NCBI RefSeq assembly: GCF_006345805.1
Contig: NC_043008.1
Location: 36,828,001 to 36,892,000 of the forward strand
Direction of reading: 5' to 3'
From: Octopus sinensis
Lineage: Eukaryota
Length of the DNA: 64,000 nt
The first letter of the stretch is position 1. Every line of letters starts with the position of its first letter. This document shows, in pieces, positions 51,881-64,000 of the stretch. Made by a program: the position numbers and the translations under genes. The notes beneath the pieces were generated by a model. That model was not told where the DNA came from, did not search any database, and saw only the letters and a program-made list of their open reading frames with translations.

Positions 51881-52207
51881 TTAATTGTTTCTATGATATT
51901 GTGAAAATGCGTATTTGAGTGTGTGGTTATACCTTATAGGTCTCACAGAGTATGTGTTGACTAAGTTCTCTTTACTCAGCAAAATATACAGGGATTCTTC
52001 AGAGCACACATGAGAATTCCTAGAAAAAACATCATATGGATGTATGTTCTTTATGATGGCCCAAATAATAACTAATTTTTTAATATATTTTTTAAGTCTC
52101 CATATGAGGTCTGCTAGTGAGTTATAATACCTCTTATCAATTCTGCTGAAACATGGAATATGGTTGCGATATCTGTCTCTGAAAAATCTGCAGAGGTCCC
52201 TATACAT
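51881..52207 (-). pseudogene. Penelope-like element GIY-YIG endonuclease C-terminal remnant
   Basis: ORF YRDLCRFFRDRYRNH...SLADLIWRLK...IIWAII...VCSEESLYIL...NLVN...H..KY matches the PLE endonuclease pattern YIG..E..FK.RY.NH...L...IW.LK....I.W.I...C.LC..E...I....LLN....C.H..KF. Confidence 0.72.
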
Positions 52208-52360
52208 ACATCTGTGCCTTCTCTAGCACTCAGTGTACATCTCTATATTACATTATGACACATGCATTGCTTTTGTAGAGAACACGTGCTTTTATTTCTG
52301 ACGGTACAAGTCTGTCTATGTATTTACCTGTCTGTCTAGCTATCTTTGTGTACGTATATG

Positions 52361-52415
<55 letters not shown>

Positions 52416-52803
52416 TTGTCTGCATGTCTATATGTTAAACACGTACATCATGCAAGTATGGGAAAGTATAGTTAAGATGGTGATTAATGGTGATGCCATA
52501 GATCAGTAACAACAATTGCATACACTCGTTCTTAGCTTGAAGCTCTTTGTTATTTCAACAACCATGAGCATTATCCAATTCTGAAATTCTTAAGGCATGT
52601 ATAAAAGAAGTACAAAGGGGCAATTCCACTTACATTTCAACATATTGAAGTAAGCTACACTTGTTGAACAAACAAGATTTCAAATTATAAACCAAAACAT
52701 TAATACATTTGCAGCTTTCAAATTTTGTCCAGTTGAATTCTTTAGGCTTGTTAAGAGAATTTGATCATATGTAGGATACTACATATAAATGTATACATGT
52801 GTG

Positions 52804-53470
52804 TACAGGGTGGCCCTAAAGTCACGCACCAGCTTGCATTATGTGAAATTGCTAACATTCTCTTTTTTTTATCTCTTTTCACAACTGCTGATATTACTCA
52901 CAAACCAATCCTCATTGGATGGAGGCAGATAATCAACAAGATGGGGTCAAGGTAATGGTGTAGTGTGGGATTTGGCACAATTTTTTCTTTTTAGGGCTCT
53001 GTGACAGGTAATTCATATTTGGACATGCTTGGCAACAAGATGGTGCTTCACGTGTATTCACTTGGAAGGGGAAATCATGTCTGGTTTCAGCAGGATGGGG
53101 CTCTGCCCCATTATGCATTATAGGTTCATGATTTTCTAAAAGAACATTTTCCAGGGCCAATTGAATGGGCACCAGAGTCCCCAGATTTAACTCCCATAGA
53201 CTTTTTCTTCTAGGGCTATATTAAATCCCATGTGTATTTTGAAAATATCTGTGACCAAGGACATCTTCAAAGAATTGTTGAAGCATGTGAACAAGTCAGT
53301 GGCAATGCACAACTATTTGAGAGGGTTCATCGGAATTTCAAATTCCATATGGACACTTGTTTAGAGCTTCATGGCCAACACTTTGAACATTTGCAATGGA
53401 TTGCCTACTTCGTTGCTAATAAAGCATACTTGATATCTCCCATGGTCCCTGACTTTGTGACCACCCTATA
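52804..53470 (+). mobile_element. Tc1/mariner-superfamily deletion derivative with 27-bp imperfect TIRs
   Basis: TIRs tacagggtggccctaaagtcacgcacc and ggtccctgactttgtgaccaccctata. Transposase remnant VWFQQDGALPHYA*..FLKEHFPG..EWAPESPDLTPIDFFF*GYIKSHVY. Confidence 0.85.
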
Positions 53471-54081
53471 CATTTATATATATACATGTGTGTGTGTATA
53501 TATATTTGTATATACACACTTTTATATTTATATATATATATGCATACATATTTGCATATATGTATAAATGCATCTACATATACATTTGTGTGTATATATA
53601 TATATATATATACATAAATATAAATATACATACACACACACACATGCACATACATTTATATATATAGTGTACATATAATGTTTATTTGGCAGTGTATATA
53701 AATGAATGTGTGTATGTATGATGTATGGGGGGAGGGGTGAGCGTGCATGTATCCTTTTCAATTTTTAATTGGGAGAAATGTTAAAAAGATGTTTGAAATG
53801 ATAAGAATCTGTGATGCCTTTTATCAATGTTTGAATGATGCCACATTCTAAACTTTCAGGCCCTGATGATTCGTTTTTATAACTTTCTGCCAATTGAAAC
53901 ATAAAAGGAATATCTACTCAACTATTGATGGCTGTTTCTCCTCTTGTTCTGTCAATTATCATCATCCCCATTACTATAACCATCGTTATCATCATCTCCA
54001 TCATCATCATCATCATCATTGTTGTCATTACCATCACCACCACCAAAACCACCGCCACCACCACCATCATAATCATCATCG

Positions 54082-54126
<45 letters not shown>

Positions 54127-54429
54127 CCACCATCATCATCTTTTTTAATGTTCCCTTTTCCACACATGCTTTGGTTGAACAGCATTCGATACGATGGGTT
54201 TTTTACAGCTGGGTGCCCTTTCTGTTGCAAACCCTGACCTGTTTCCAAGTAAGGTAACATTCCCCCTTTTATGGAAGATTCAGAATGAAGCACACTGCAT
54301 GCATGATGGTGACACTTGTTTACAACTATCATGTGATGTCAAGGCAAAGAGACAATAAAGCACACATGCAGGCATGCATATATATATATATATATGTACA
54401 TTCTGATTGAATCTTACATGTGTTAGCAT

Positions 54430-54660
54430 ATCATCACCATCATCATCATCATTTAACATCCGCTTTCCATGCTAGCATGGGTTGGATGGGTTGACTGTGG
54501 GCTGGCGAACCAGATGGCTGCACCAGGCTCCAGTCTTGATCTGGTTGAGTTTCTATAGCTGGATGCCCTTCCTAATGCCAACCACTCTGAGAGTGTAGTG
54601 GGTGCTTTTATGTGCCACCGGCACGGGGTCCAGTCAGACGATACTGGCAACGACCTCGCT
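54430..54660 (-). mobile_element. RTE 3' tail fragment
   Basis: (CAT)n followed by ttaacatccgctttccatgctagcatgggttggatgg. Confidence 0.8.
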
Positions 54661-54699
54661 TGAGACCGACCAGGCTATCAGACATTGCTACACATCGCT

Positions 54700-54952
54700 G
54701 GTCACAATGCGCTTCGCATTGTTTTAGCCTTGAAATGATGCCACCCTGCTGGCTAAGTGAGCAGGCCAACAGAAGAAAGAGTGAGAGAAAGTTGTGGTGA
54801 AAGAATACAGCAGCGATCACCATCATCCTCTGCTGGAGCCTCGTGAAGCTTTAGGTGTTTTCGCTGAATAAACACACACAATGCCTGGTCTGGGAATCGA
54901 AACCGCGATCCTACGACCATGAGTCCGCTGTCCTAACCACTGGGCCATTGCA
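54700..54952 (-). mobile_element. tRNA-derived SINE, family S1
   Basis: Reverse complement gcaatggcccagtggttaggacagcggactcatggtcgtaggatcgcggtttcgattccc. Confidence 0.8.
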
Positions 54953-55149
54953 TATATATATATATATGGGGGTGGGGTGAATGATCCCAGGAAGACATGG
55001 GATAAAGTACTGAAGAACAATCTCAGGACACTGAACCTTTCAATCAAGATGATAAAGGGCCAAGATTCCCAGAACCTCGCCATACACAAGACGATCTTTA
55101 CTCCACAACAGAAGTTTTAAGACTGATCCTTCTGGTGGCGCAAGCCATT

Positions 55150-55375
55150 TGTCAAAGTGCCATGTAAAAGCACCTGTGCAGTGCTACATAAAAGCACTCA
55201 GCCCAATCTGTAAAGTGGTTGGTGTTAGGAAGGGCATCAGCCATAGAAACCATGCCTCAACAGACTGGTGTCTTGCGTATCCCCCCAGCTTGCCAGCTCA
55301 TGTGAAACCATCCAACCCATGCCAGCATGGACAACGGACTTTAAATAATGATGAAGATGATGATGATGATGATGG
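55150..55375 (+). mobile_element. RTE 3' tail fragment (diverged)
   Basis: gtggttggtgttaggaagggcatc...ccaacccatgccagcatgg, then (GAT)n. Confidence 0.72.
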
Positions 55376-55951
55376 TGGTGGCAGTACGAATCAGTATAAT
55401 ATGATCCAGTCGATCATGGTTAATTGTTAGTTAGCATCTTGCATATACAAGGTTTGTATAGAAAACTCAGAGGGAAAAACAGTTGATCAACAGAATTTAT
55501 TGAACACATTTTCAGATACGCTTTGTTCTATATCAAAATTTATAAGGCATTCCTAATAAGATGTCAGGTATTTGGGGAACCATTCTAACCCATTGCTAAC
55601 CAACCATCAGCATCTCCATACAATCTTTGTTCATTCCTTTCTTGTTCTTCTGTCTAGACTCTCTTCTTTCCAGCTTCTGAGTAAGAACTAACTTGGATTT
55701 TGACAGCCAGTAAAACACAGGCCAATTTGGAAATCAAAATTATAATAATTATAAAGACAATACATATTTTATGATAATCAAAAGAATTTTCTTTCTCAGC
55801 AGATTTTTTTTTTTTTTCCAAACAAATTGATGTCATTTTTACCCAATTTATCAAAATCATTCCATGCTCATTTCTCAAAAGAAGATGCAACTGATAGCAA
55901 TTCACTGAATACATCTGTGGAAATTTCCATACACAATATTATAGCAATTTG

Positions 55952-55984
<33 letters not shown>

Positions 55985-56869
55985 GGCGTCGTTGCTTACA
56001 TTTCCCAATTTCATTGATATATTGTGATTTCTTTCTTTGAAAACACATAACTTCCTCACTTCCAGTTATCACTTGATAGACACATTTGTTCCACTGACAA
56101 ACGCTTTTGATTCAATACAAGTTACATTTCACTTTTGAATTGATATTTATCAATAAAATTCAATCAATGTTTGTTTCTTATAAAGTAATAATTTCATTAG
56201 CTATTAATTTTCAGCCAAGTCTTCATCACATTTCGTTTCAACTCTTTGCTTCAAATAACAGACCATGAGTAAAATGGTAGCAGTCAAATCTTCACACATT
56301 TCTTGCCATTGCCATCATTACTTCTTTTTCTTTGAATTCTTTCTGGGGCACCATGAAAGTGAGACATAATTCTGAAGGAAAGTATAATTATATAAAATGA
56401 CAAAAATTCCTCCAGAAACATTTGAGAAGACTGCATTCAATCACAGTGAATGAAGATTAACTAGCTATAAAACCATAAAGAACTATGAATTGGACCATCT
56501 TGATTGTCTTAAAGAACTAAGAGCAAGTTTCAAAATTTGGCACAAGGCAAGCAGTTTTGGGAAAGGGGATAAGTCGATTACATCAACTGGTATTTATTTT
56601 ATCAACACTGAAGGGATGAAAGGCAAAGTCTACCTTGGCAGCATATGAATTCAGAATGTAAAGCCAGAAGAAATGTTGCTAAGCATTTTGACTGGTCAGC
56701 TTGGTGTGTTTTGTTAAGTTATAATAGAAATAATTCTACATTAAACTGAAGGATACTCAATACAGTCTGTAGAGTACATATTATTCTTTAAAAATGTGTT
56801 AAAAGTGACTTTGAAGTCTTGGTCAGCTTAGTCTGATGAAGGCTTCATGTGTGTGCATGTATATATATA

Positions 56870-57025
56870 TTGTTTCTCTCCTTGTTTTTTCTGTGTCCCT
56901 TTCTGTAGAAGAGCGTAGGCTCGAAACGTAAAATACTTTTTCTATTCCTGAGCGTTATACTAATACATCTGTTTGTTTTGTACACCACCTGTCTTCGTCT
57001 TTTGTTTTTTTTGTAAACACTCCCT
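56870..57025 (+). mobile_element. Family B fragment with HHR-like motif (56899-56934), least decayed copy
   Basis: cttt CTGTAGA a gagc gtag gctc GAAA c GTA aaat; ends in ccctatatata. Confidence 0.72.
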
Positions 57026-57039
57026 ATATATATGTATAC

Positions 57040-57290
57040 ATAATATTTTTTTATATATGTATAATTAGGGAAATTAGTGTTTTATGAAGCTTCTATTAAT
57101 GCAGATATAACACTGAATATCAAAAATATATAATGATATTGAGCTCATTATTTTCATTATTTACATTATTTACATTTGATGGATATTTGTCCTCATCTTG
57201 TTTGTTGTTAACACTACGTTTTGGCTAATATACCCTCCAGCCTTCATCAGGTGTCTTGGGGAAATTTCGAACCTGGGTTCTCATTCCTAA
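57040..57290 (-). mobile_element. Penelope-like fragment, family C, with HHR motif (57210-57255) carrying G12A
   Basis: Minus strand gacac-CUGAUGA-a-ggcu(12 nt)agcc-AAAA-c-GUA-guguu. Helices I and II pair, and AAAA fits CpG decay of CGAAA. Confidence 0.68.
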
Positions 57291-58939
57291 GGTGGTGGTG
57301 GTGGTGGTGGTTGTGGTTGTTGTTGTTGTTGTTTTGTTGTCGTCGTCGTCGTCATCCAGGTAACTGCCTGGAATCAAACTCAGAATCTTGGGGTTAGTAG
57401 CCTGCACTCTTAACCACTACACCATATGCTTGTGGGTATATGGCATAGTGGTTAAGATTTCAAAGTGTAAAGCTCATAACAGGACACTGGCTTATCAACA
57501 CAGGTAACATTATTAGATAGCCTGCTGACCATTCTTGATATCGTGGAAAATGAGCCTCTGCAGGAGCTTCTGTGTGTGAGGTTGATTTACTATAAACAAT
57601 AGCCAAATCTTCAATTCATGCTCAACTATTTAAAAAAGTACAACATATTGAGTCATGTGATTCTCTTTTTACTAAATCTGAAAAACACAACATAGACAAG
57701 ATGGTCATGGCTAGATTGTCTTTTAATTATGGGTTTACTTGAACAGTCTGATCTGTGGTTAAACAACATAGAGAATCAAGGTAACAAAGAATAAAGTGTT
57801 CTACTGAGATGTTCTGATGAAATGTTTTTATAAGATTTAAAATTGTGATCAAGGAATTGGTAGTATCTTATCTTACTCCTATGTTTCCATAAGCTGTTTT
57901 AATTCCACAGACATTGGATGATTACTTCTGCTTATGGAAACATCTGCAAAAACATCTGCAAAGAAATTTATCCTCATATGCATCCATCATTGTGCGTAGG
58001 GAAGATAACTGCTATGATATTAATGAGATGAGGAATTAACAAGGATTGCTCAGTAAAATAAAAAGTTGTGTATTCTGTCAATGAAAAGTGCATGAGACAG
58101 AAGCTAAAGAAACATGAAGATGTTAAGTCTGTAAATATTCCAACTCAAGGTCAAACCAAAGAGGGATGTATGTCATACTGCAGATCCATCCAAACTGATG
58201 CCAGCATGGAGAAAAATAATGGATATCAAATGAAGATAATTGTGTTGACAATGGCAACAGTGATGACAATTTTCATAAATTTAATTTATACACTACAATA
58301 AATTTCTTCAACATCACTAAGAACTATCCATCAATAGATAACAACTTCGGAGAAAAATTATATGAACAGCTAATATACATAAATAGAGACAAAAATTCTC
58401 CCCATCAGACATAGTTTTTGTCTGTTTGTTTCTTTGTTTGCTTGTTTAAGATGCTGGAGATAAATGTAATGTTAGGAATTTCTAACATATTTTCTATCTG
58501 CTGAGGAGAAAATATTCCATTGTGCTGTGGCAGTCTTAAAATAATGCCAGAGGAAACTATGGAAATGACAATAAAAATTGTTTCTATCTGAATGTGAAAA
58601 ACTGACGAGAGAACTCCTCTCCCTCTCACCGCTTGGTAGGACCATAGAAACAGAGACTTTTTCTAGAACTATTCAATGATGATTAGTGGGGGGGGGGGTT
58701 TAACCCTGAACAGCATCAGACCTAAATGCTTTGTAATTTTATATTATGTCACTTTGCATTGAACTTCAAATTCTGCTCAAAGCTGACTTTACATTTCCTC
58801 ATTACAAAGTTGATCAAATAGTCACAAGCAATTATATCAATTATACACCATATCAAAGTTTAGTACCCTTCTTATGCAAAACCTTTCTTTGCTGTTGTTG
58901 TTGTTGTTGTTGTAGTTGAAATCGTTTTTATTATTAAGG

Positions 58940-59504
58940 CAGATTCGTTAACATGCTACACAAAATGCTTAATGGCATTTTGTTCACCTTTACATTTTGA
59001 ATTCAAATTCTGCTGAGTTTCACTTTGCCTTTCATTATTTTTGAGTCAATAAAACAGGTACCAGTTCAATACTGGGGTCAATGTTGCTCCTTCCCACAAA
59101 ATTGCTGGCCTTGTGCAAAAGTTTGAAACCATTATTATTATTATTACTATTATTACTAAGGCGGCAAGCTGGCAGAATCGTTAGCATGCCAGGTGAAATG
59201 CTTAGTGACAATTCGTCTGCCGCTATGTTCTGAGTTCAAATTCCACTGAAGTCAACTTTGCATTTCATCCTTTCAGGGTCGATAAAATTAGTAGCAGTTA
59301 TGCACTGGGGTTGATGTAATCCCTTACTTCCTTCAAAGAAATTTATCCTCATATGCATCCATCATTGTGTGTAGGGAAGATAACTGCTGTGATATTAATG
59401 AGATGGGAATTTACAAGGATTGCTCAGTAAAATAAAAAGTTAATCCCTTCCCCCAAATTTGAGGCCTTGTGCTTCCAGTAGAAAGGATGATGATAATGAT
59501 GATG

Positions 59505-59542
<38 letters not shown>

Positions 59543-59760
59543 GTCCTGCAAGCTGGCAGAACCATTGGCACACTGAACCAAATGCTTTGTGGAATTTCAT
59601 CTGCCTTTATGTTCTGAGTTCAAATGCCGCCAACATAGATTTTACCTTTTATCCTCTCGGGGTTTGATAGAGCAAGCAACAGTTGAAGATGGGTCGATGT
59701 AATCAACTTACCCCCACCAGAAATTGCTGGCCTTGTAAAAAAATTTGAAACCATTGTTAC
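58940..59760 (+). mobile_element. Cluster of three SINE S3 copies (~58940, ~59157, ~59540)
   Basis: Three heads or cores (gctggcagaa..., gagttcaaat..., tgcctttcat...) separated by (ATT)n. Confidence 0.75.
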
Positions 59761-59949
59761 TAAGAGAATAATATTTGTCTCTCTCTTTATCGATTGTCTG
59801 ACAATGTGTTTGCTCCATGTTTGCCCTATAACTTGCATCTACTGGTTACCTTCGTAATGTGACATAATGTGTTAGTGAAAAACTGAAACGTATGTAACAA
59901 CTGGAATAAAGAAGGACCAAGTTATACCCATATTCTTTTCTCTTATTAG

Positions 59950-60292
59950 ATATATATATTACGGAGATGTACTTGCATAGCAAGTGATCTGATCTGAGAC
60001 TGTGTGTTAGAACGAAAACAATTGCAGTATGGAAGGTGTTTATAAGTCATTTAAGAAACACAAAAACCTTTAGATTCACTTCAACATTTAAATTTAATTT
60101 GCCAATATATTTTTGTTGCTTTGAGATCATGACCTGTTCACTGACAAAATTCCGATGCAGCATGTTCTCAGGTTATGTTCTCAAAGAGACGAAAATATTT
60201 TGGCAATTTAAATTTAAATGTCAAAGTGAATCTAACGGTTGTTGTGTGTTTCTTAAATGGCTTATAAACACCTTCCATGCTGCAACTGATAT
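59950..60292. mobile_element. Fold-back element, family F, ~85-bp inverted arms (60020-60287), with HHR-like motif having a G3-C8 core
   Basis: gcagtatggaaggtgtttataag...ttgccaatatatttt is mirrored by aaaatattttggcaa...cttataaacaccttccatgctgc. Minus strand 60148-60098 reads uuuguca-GUGAACA-g-gucau...gcaac-AAAA-auau-au-uggcaaa. Confidence 0.7.
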
Positions 60293-60834
60293 ATATATAT
60301 TATTATTCGATAAATATATATAACATCTAACAACCTAATGGTTTGTCTTTTCTAATCCTCTGATGAAATTTTGCCCAATGATATGTTTTTACTGGAAATT
60401 AATTCTTTGGGCAAAATTGAAACAACTATAAGAGAATATGTTGAATTTTTGCAGTTAATAAATTATATTAATGCTACATCTCCATTTTCTGAATTTCAAT
60501 TTGAATATTTTTAGACCATGGTTTGTACTTAAACCTATTATTTCATGAATATTACCATTTGTAAAAAAAAATAATAGGTAATGAACCAGTATTTCATTGG
60601 ATATTTTTATCCCTTACTGAGGATATTGTAACTGCTATTTTAATTTATATATATATATATATATATATGAGGACATTTTGTAAATAAGCTTAGAAGTGCC
60701 AAGTGAGTTGGTATTCTACAGAAAATAAAGGAATTCTTGAATCCAGAGTGGCTGTGAAAATAGCTGAGAAAATCAGGTAAATTCTCATAGAAGACAGAAA
60801 GAAAAAGTGGCCATGTGTGTGTGTGTGTGTGTGT

Positions 60835-61070
60835 GCTTGAGAAGACTCGTCAAGCCAAGTGAAGTCATAATTGTGGCCGGTGCTCGTGACACGTAACAGC
60901 ATCTGTGCTGGTGTCACATAAAAGTCACCCACTACACTCTCATAGTAGTTGGCATTAGGATGGTCATCCATCTGTAGAAACCAACCCAAAATCAGACTAG
61001 AATCTGGTGCAGCTCTCCAAATTACCAGTTGCATTCATAGGAAGCTGATGTTAAATGATGATGATGATGA
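60835..61070 (+). mobile_element. RTE 3' tail fragment (diverged)
   Basis: cccactacactctcatagtagttggcattagga...gttaaatgatgatgatg. Confidence 0.72.
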
Positions 61071-61088
61071 TACACATACATACATACT

Positions 61089-61122
<34 letters not shown>

Positions 61123-61281
61123 TTCAGATGAATATGGTACTTAAGTTAAAGGCACCAGAATTTGGTATGGTATTATCTATATAAATCAAATGGGGTGATT
61201 ATAATCAAAATAAGCAACGAGGATATCCTTGTGCTTATTTTGATTTTATATATATATACATCCATACATATGCACACACAT

Positions 61282-61319
<38 letters not shown>

Positions 61320-61509
61320 AATATAAATAATATATATACATGCTCCTGGATATCAAAAAACATTGAACACAACGAGAAACAAAAACATAAAAGCGAAAAC
61401 ATAGAAAGAAACTTTTTTCGAGCAACAAAAAAAACAGAGATACGAGACATGCAACATAAAGAATGTTGCCCTTCATCAGTTGTCCCTGTTTCGTCTACTC
61501 CGCATTTTG

Positions 61510-61815
61510 ATACTCTTTTACTCTTTTACTTGTTCAGTCATTTAACTGTGGCCATGCTGGAGCACTGCCTTTGGTTGAGAAAATTGACCCCAGGACTTAT
61601 TCTTTGTAAGCCTAGTACTTATTCTATCAGTCTCTTTTGCCAAACTGCTAAGTTATGGGGATGTAAATACACCAGCATCAGTTGTCAAGTGATGATGTGG
61701 GGACAAACACATACACACAAACACACACACACGCACACACATATATATATATGCACACACATATATACAATGGGCTTCTTTCAGTTTCCATCTACCAAAT
61801 CCACTCACAAGGCTT
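61510..61815 (-). mobile_element. SINE family S2, 5'-truncated
   Basis: gttcagtcatttaactgtggccatgctggagc...ccactcacaaggctt. Confidence 0.78.
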
Positions 61816-63263
61816 AATGAAACTGATATTACGATTCTCACAGTGTCTGACTTTTTTCATTGCAAGGTTACTCTACACATATTCTGAGTTCTTATTCTTC
61901 AAGAGATAACCAAGCAAATACTATAAAGAAACCACACACACACACATACACACAGCAAGATATTAAATATAGACAAAGCCATTGTGCCTAGGACATGAAG
62001 CTTCATTAGAGCAAGTGGCCGATTTTATGAGATAAGTGCCATTAATGTTGATGCTTCCAGCAGCATTAGATAAATGCTGATAGCCTGTTGTTTTATCCCT
62101 TTTAATGGTAACCATCATATCAGCATTGAGAGATTTTAGTAAACCTGACTCTCACAAACAGACACACGCACATGCAAAAAAAAATTAAAAAATGCATAAA
62201 AGTAATTAATTAAAAAATAAAAGCATATAAAAGCAGATCTGATGGAAATAACTTTCTGTTGCTAATGAAGTAACAGTGAAGAGTATTAAGATTAGTTCTT
62301 TTCATTTCTCATTTAACCGTGTCATTTTCACTAGACTGAAGAAAGGGTGAAGTAGAGGGGAGGAAGGAACACAAAGGTCACGGGTACTGCTACTTCTCTT
62401 TTCGCTAGGAAAAAAAAAAAAAACTATTCAAAATGCAAAGCTGCAAAAGAAATTCACCATTTTCAATGCTCTGATGCACTTAACGAAATTCCCTTTGAAT
62501 TAATAACTCTGCTTCATTTCTTTAACTAATTTTGACCTTGATCATTAAGTAAAACCTGAAGCATCTGAGGAGGCAGCGTTCTCTTTTCACTCTCTCGTGA
62601 GAAATAATGAGGTCAGCCTCTCAGTCTCTTTCACTTTCACTTTCCCCCCCCTCTCTCTCTCTCTTTCTCCGACACATATATTCCCTGTCTCTCTCTTTTT
62701 CTCTCTCTCTCTCTCTCTCATCAGTTTGCTGCAGGCTTGCACACTGGACTCTTTGGATCATTATCGCATTTAATGGTAGCTTACTTATGTGTGAGTGTGT
62801 ATGGGTGCATGTGTTAGTATCACTGTGTGTGTGCATGTGTGAATGTGCATATATGTATATGCATGTGCACAAAGAGAGAGAGAGATGAAAAGAGTACATA
62901 CAACAATTGTCTAAAAAAATAATGCATGATTATGGTGTGTGCATATATATATGTACATACATCTGCATATACCCATATATCTGTATATAAATGCTTATAT
63001 CTATATATACATACATACATACATACACACATATGTATTTATTTATTTGTTTATTTATTTATTTATTTATTTACTTATAGGCTAAATTGGTTTAGGGCAA
63101 TCTAGCCTCTTTCATCTTTCCTTGGTATTGCTCTTCTAATTTACTAAAGGCACTCTGAGGCTTTTGTAATACTGGTGTATTATGGTAGCATAGGCTTAGA
63201 TGGTCCCTCATACTGAATTGTAGCAATATACATACATATATGTATATATATATATATTGTATG

Positions 63264-63295
<32 letters not shown>

Positions 63296-64000
63296 CATAC
63301 ATATATTATACATATCACATATACATATATACATACCATATATATATACCTATATATCTAGATATATATATACATACATATATATATATCCATATACACA
63401 CAATATATATATAATATTAGGATACGTATATATATATATGTATATTAATATATTATATATATACATATATATACAACACACATATATATATATATATGTT
63501 GTATATATATATATCTATATTATATATATATATTATATATACTATATATACACACAACATATATATTATATGTATGTATATATATATATATACATATATG
63601 CATCCAATATATAACGAAGACAGAAAGTTAATTAGATACTTTTGCTTTTGAGATCAGTCAGGAGATGATTGCTAAATGAAATTATCACCACAGCAACATT
63701 GCACAACTGTGCAGGATGGCCCCGGCGCAGGAAACTTGGCAACAAGATCAGAATGCATCAGAGACTTTCTGTAACTTTGTAGCGAAACCAAGTGCAAGGA
63801 GAGTGTGTGTACATCTATATGTGTTTGTGTATGTATATATATGAGTGTGTGTGTGTGTCTACATATGTCTCTCTTTCTCTGTGTCTCTCTGTATATACAT
63901 TTAGTAATTTTTATTGGGTGACTAGTAGCAATCCATGCGCAGCACATGCATAGATATATGCATACATGTGTGTGTGTGTGTGTTGGTAGATACTTAAATA

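Noticed and set aside
53029-53110. Two QQDGA-like motifs in the Tc1/mariner relic
   Set aside because: Only the second has the expected WFQQDG..PH context. The first may be chance or a local duplication and is not informative.
55650-56370. Possible decayed transposase or LINE coding sequence on the minus strand
   Set aside because: Stops in all frames and no diagnostic motif that I could identify.
17130-61510. CTGATGAAGGG motifs at ~17157, ~27538 (+) and ~61470 (-) as hammerheads
   Set aside because: The three are a shared repeat family, but no GAAA follows a helix II. The nearby GAAA lies upstream with no valid NUH or helices.
63660-63800. GC-richer island as a coding exon
   Set aside because: Stops follow the only plausible acceptor in all frames, and there is no recognisable product.

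Overview
AT-rich, microsatellite-dense animal genomic DNA with no host protein-coding exon I can support; it looks intronic or intergenic. The repeat landscape (tRNA-derived SINEs, RTE LINE tails ending in (GAT)n, abundant (TA)n/(CA)n) suggests a coleoid cephalopod, probably Octopus (inference). Nearly all ORFs in the supplied track are microsatellite or antisense noise. Recognisable elements: (1) a near full-length RTE-clade LINE on the minus strand (~42575-47560) with APE endonuclease, RT and an in-frame PHD-type finger. It is broken mostly by 1-nt deletions and has a ladder of duplicated 3' segments. (2) Several Tc1/mariner relics and MITEs. (3) Three SINE families and many RTE 3'-tail fragments. 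(4) Remnants of Penelope-like elements, including a GIY-YIG endonuclease fragment. The main unannotated signal is a set of minimal type I hammerhead ribozyme (HHR) motifs read directly from the sequence. The best case is a young ~502-bp tandem/inverted array at 39121-41362, where every full unit carries a complete HHR core with a palindromic helix III, a retrozyme-like, potentially circRNA-producing locus. There is also an intact inverted HHR pair at 41731-41935, plus dispersed families with non-canonical cores (U at position 6; G3-C8 swap). Ribozyme activity is inferred from structure only, and repeat boundaries are approximate.
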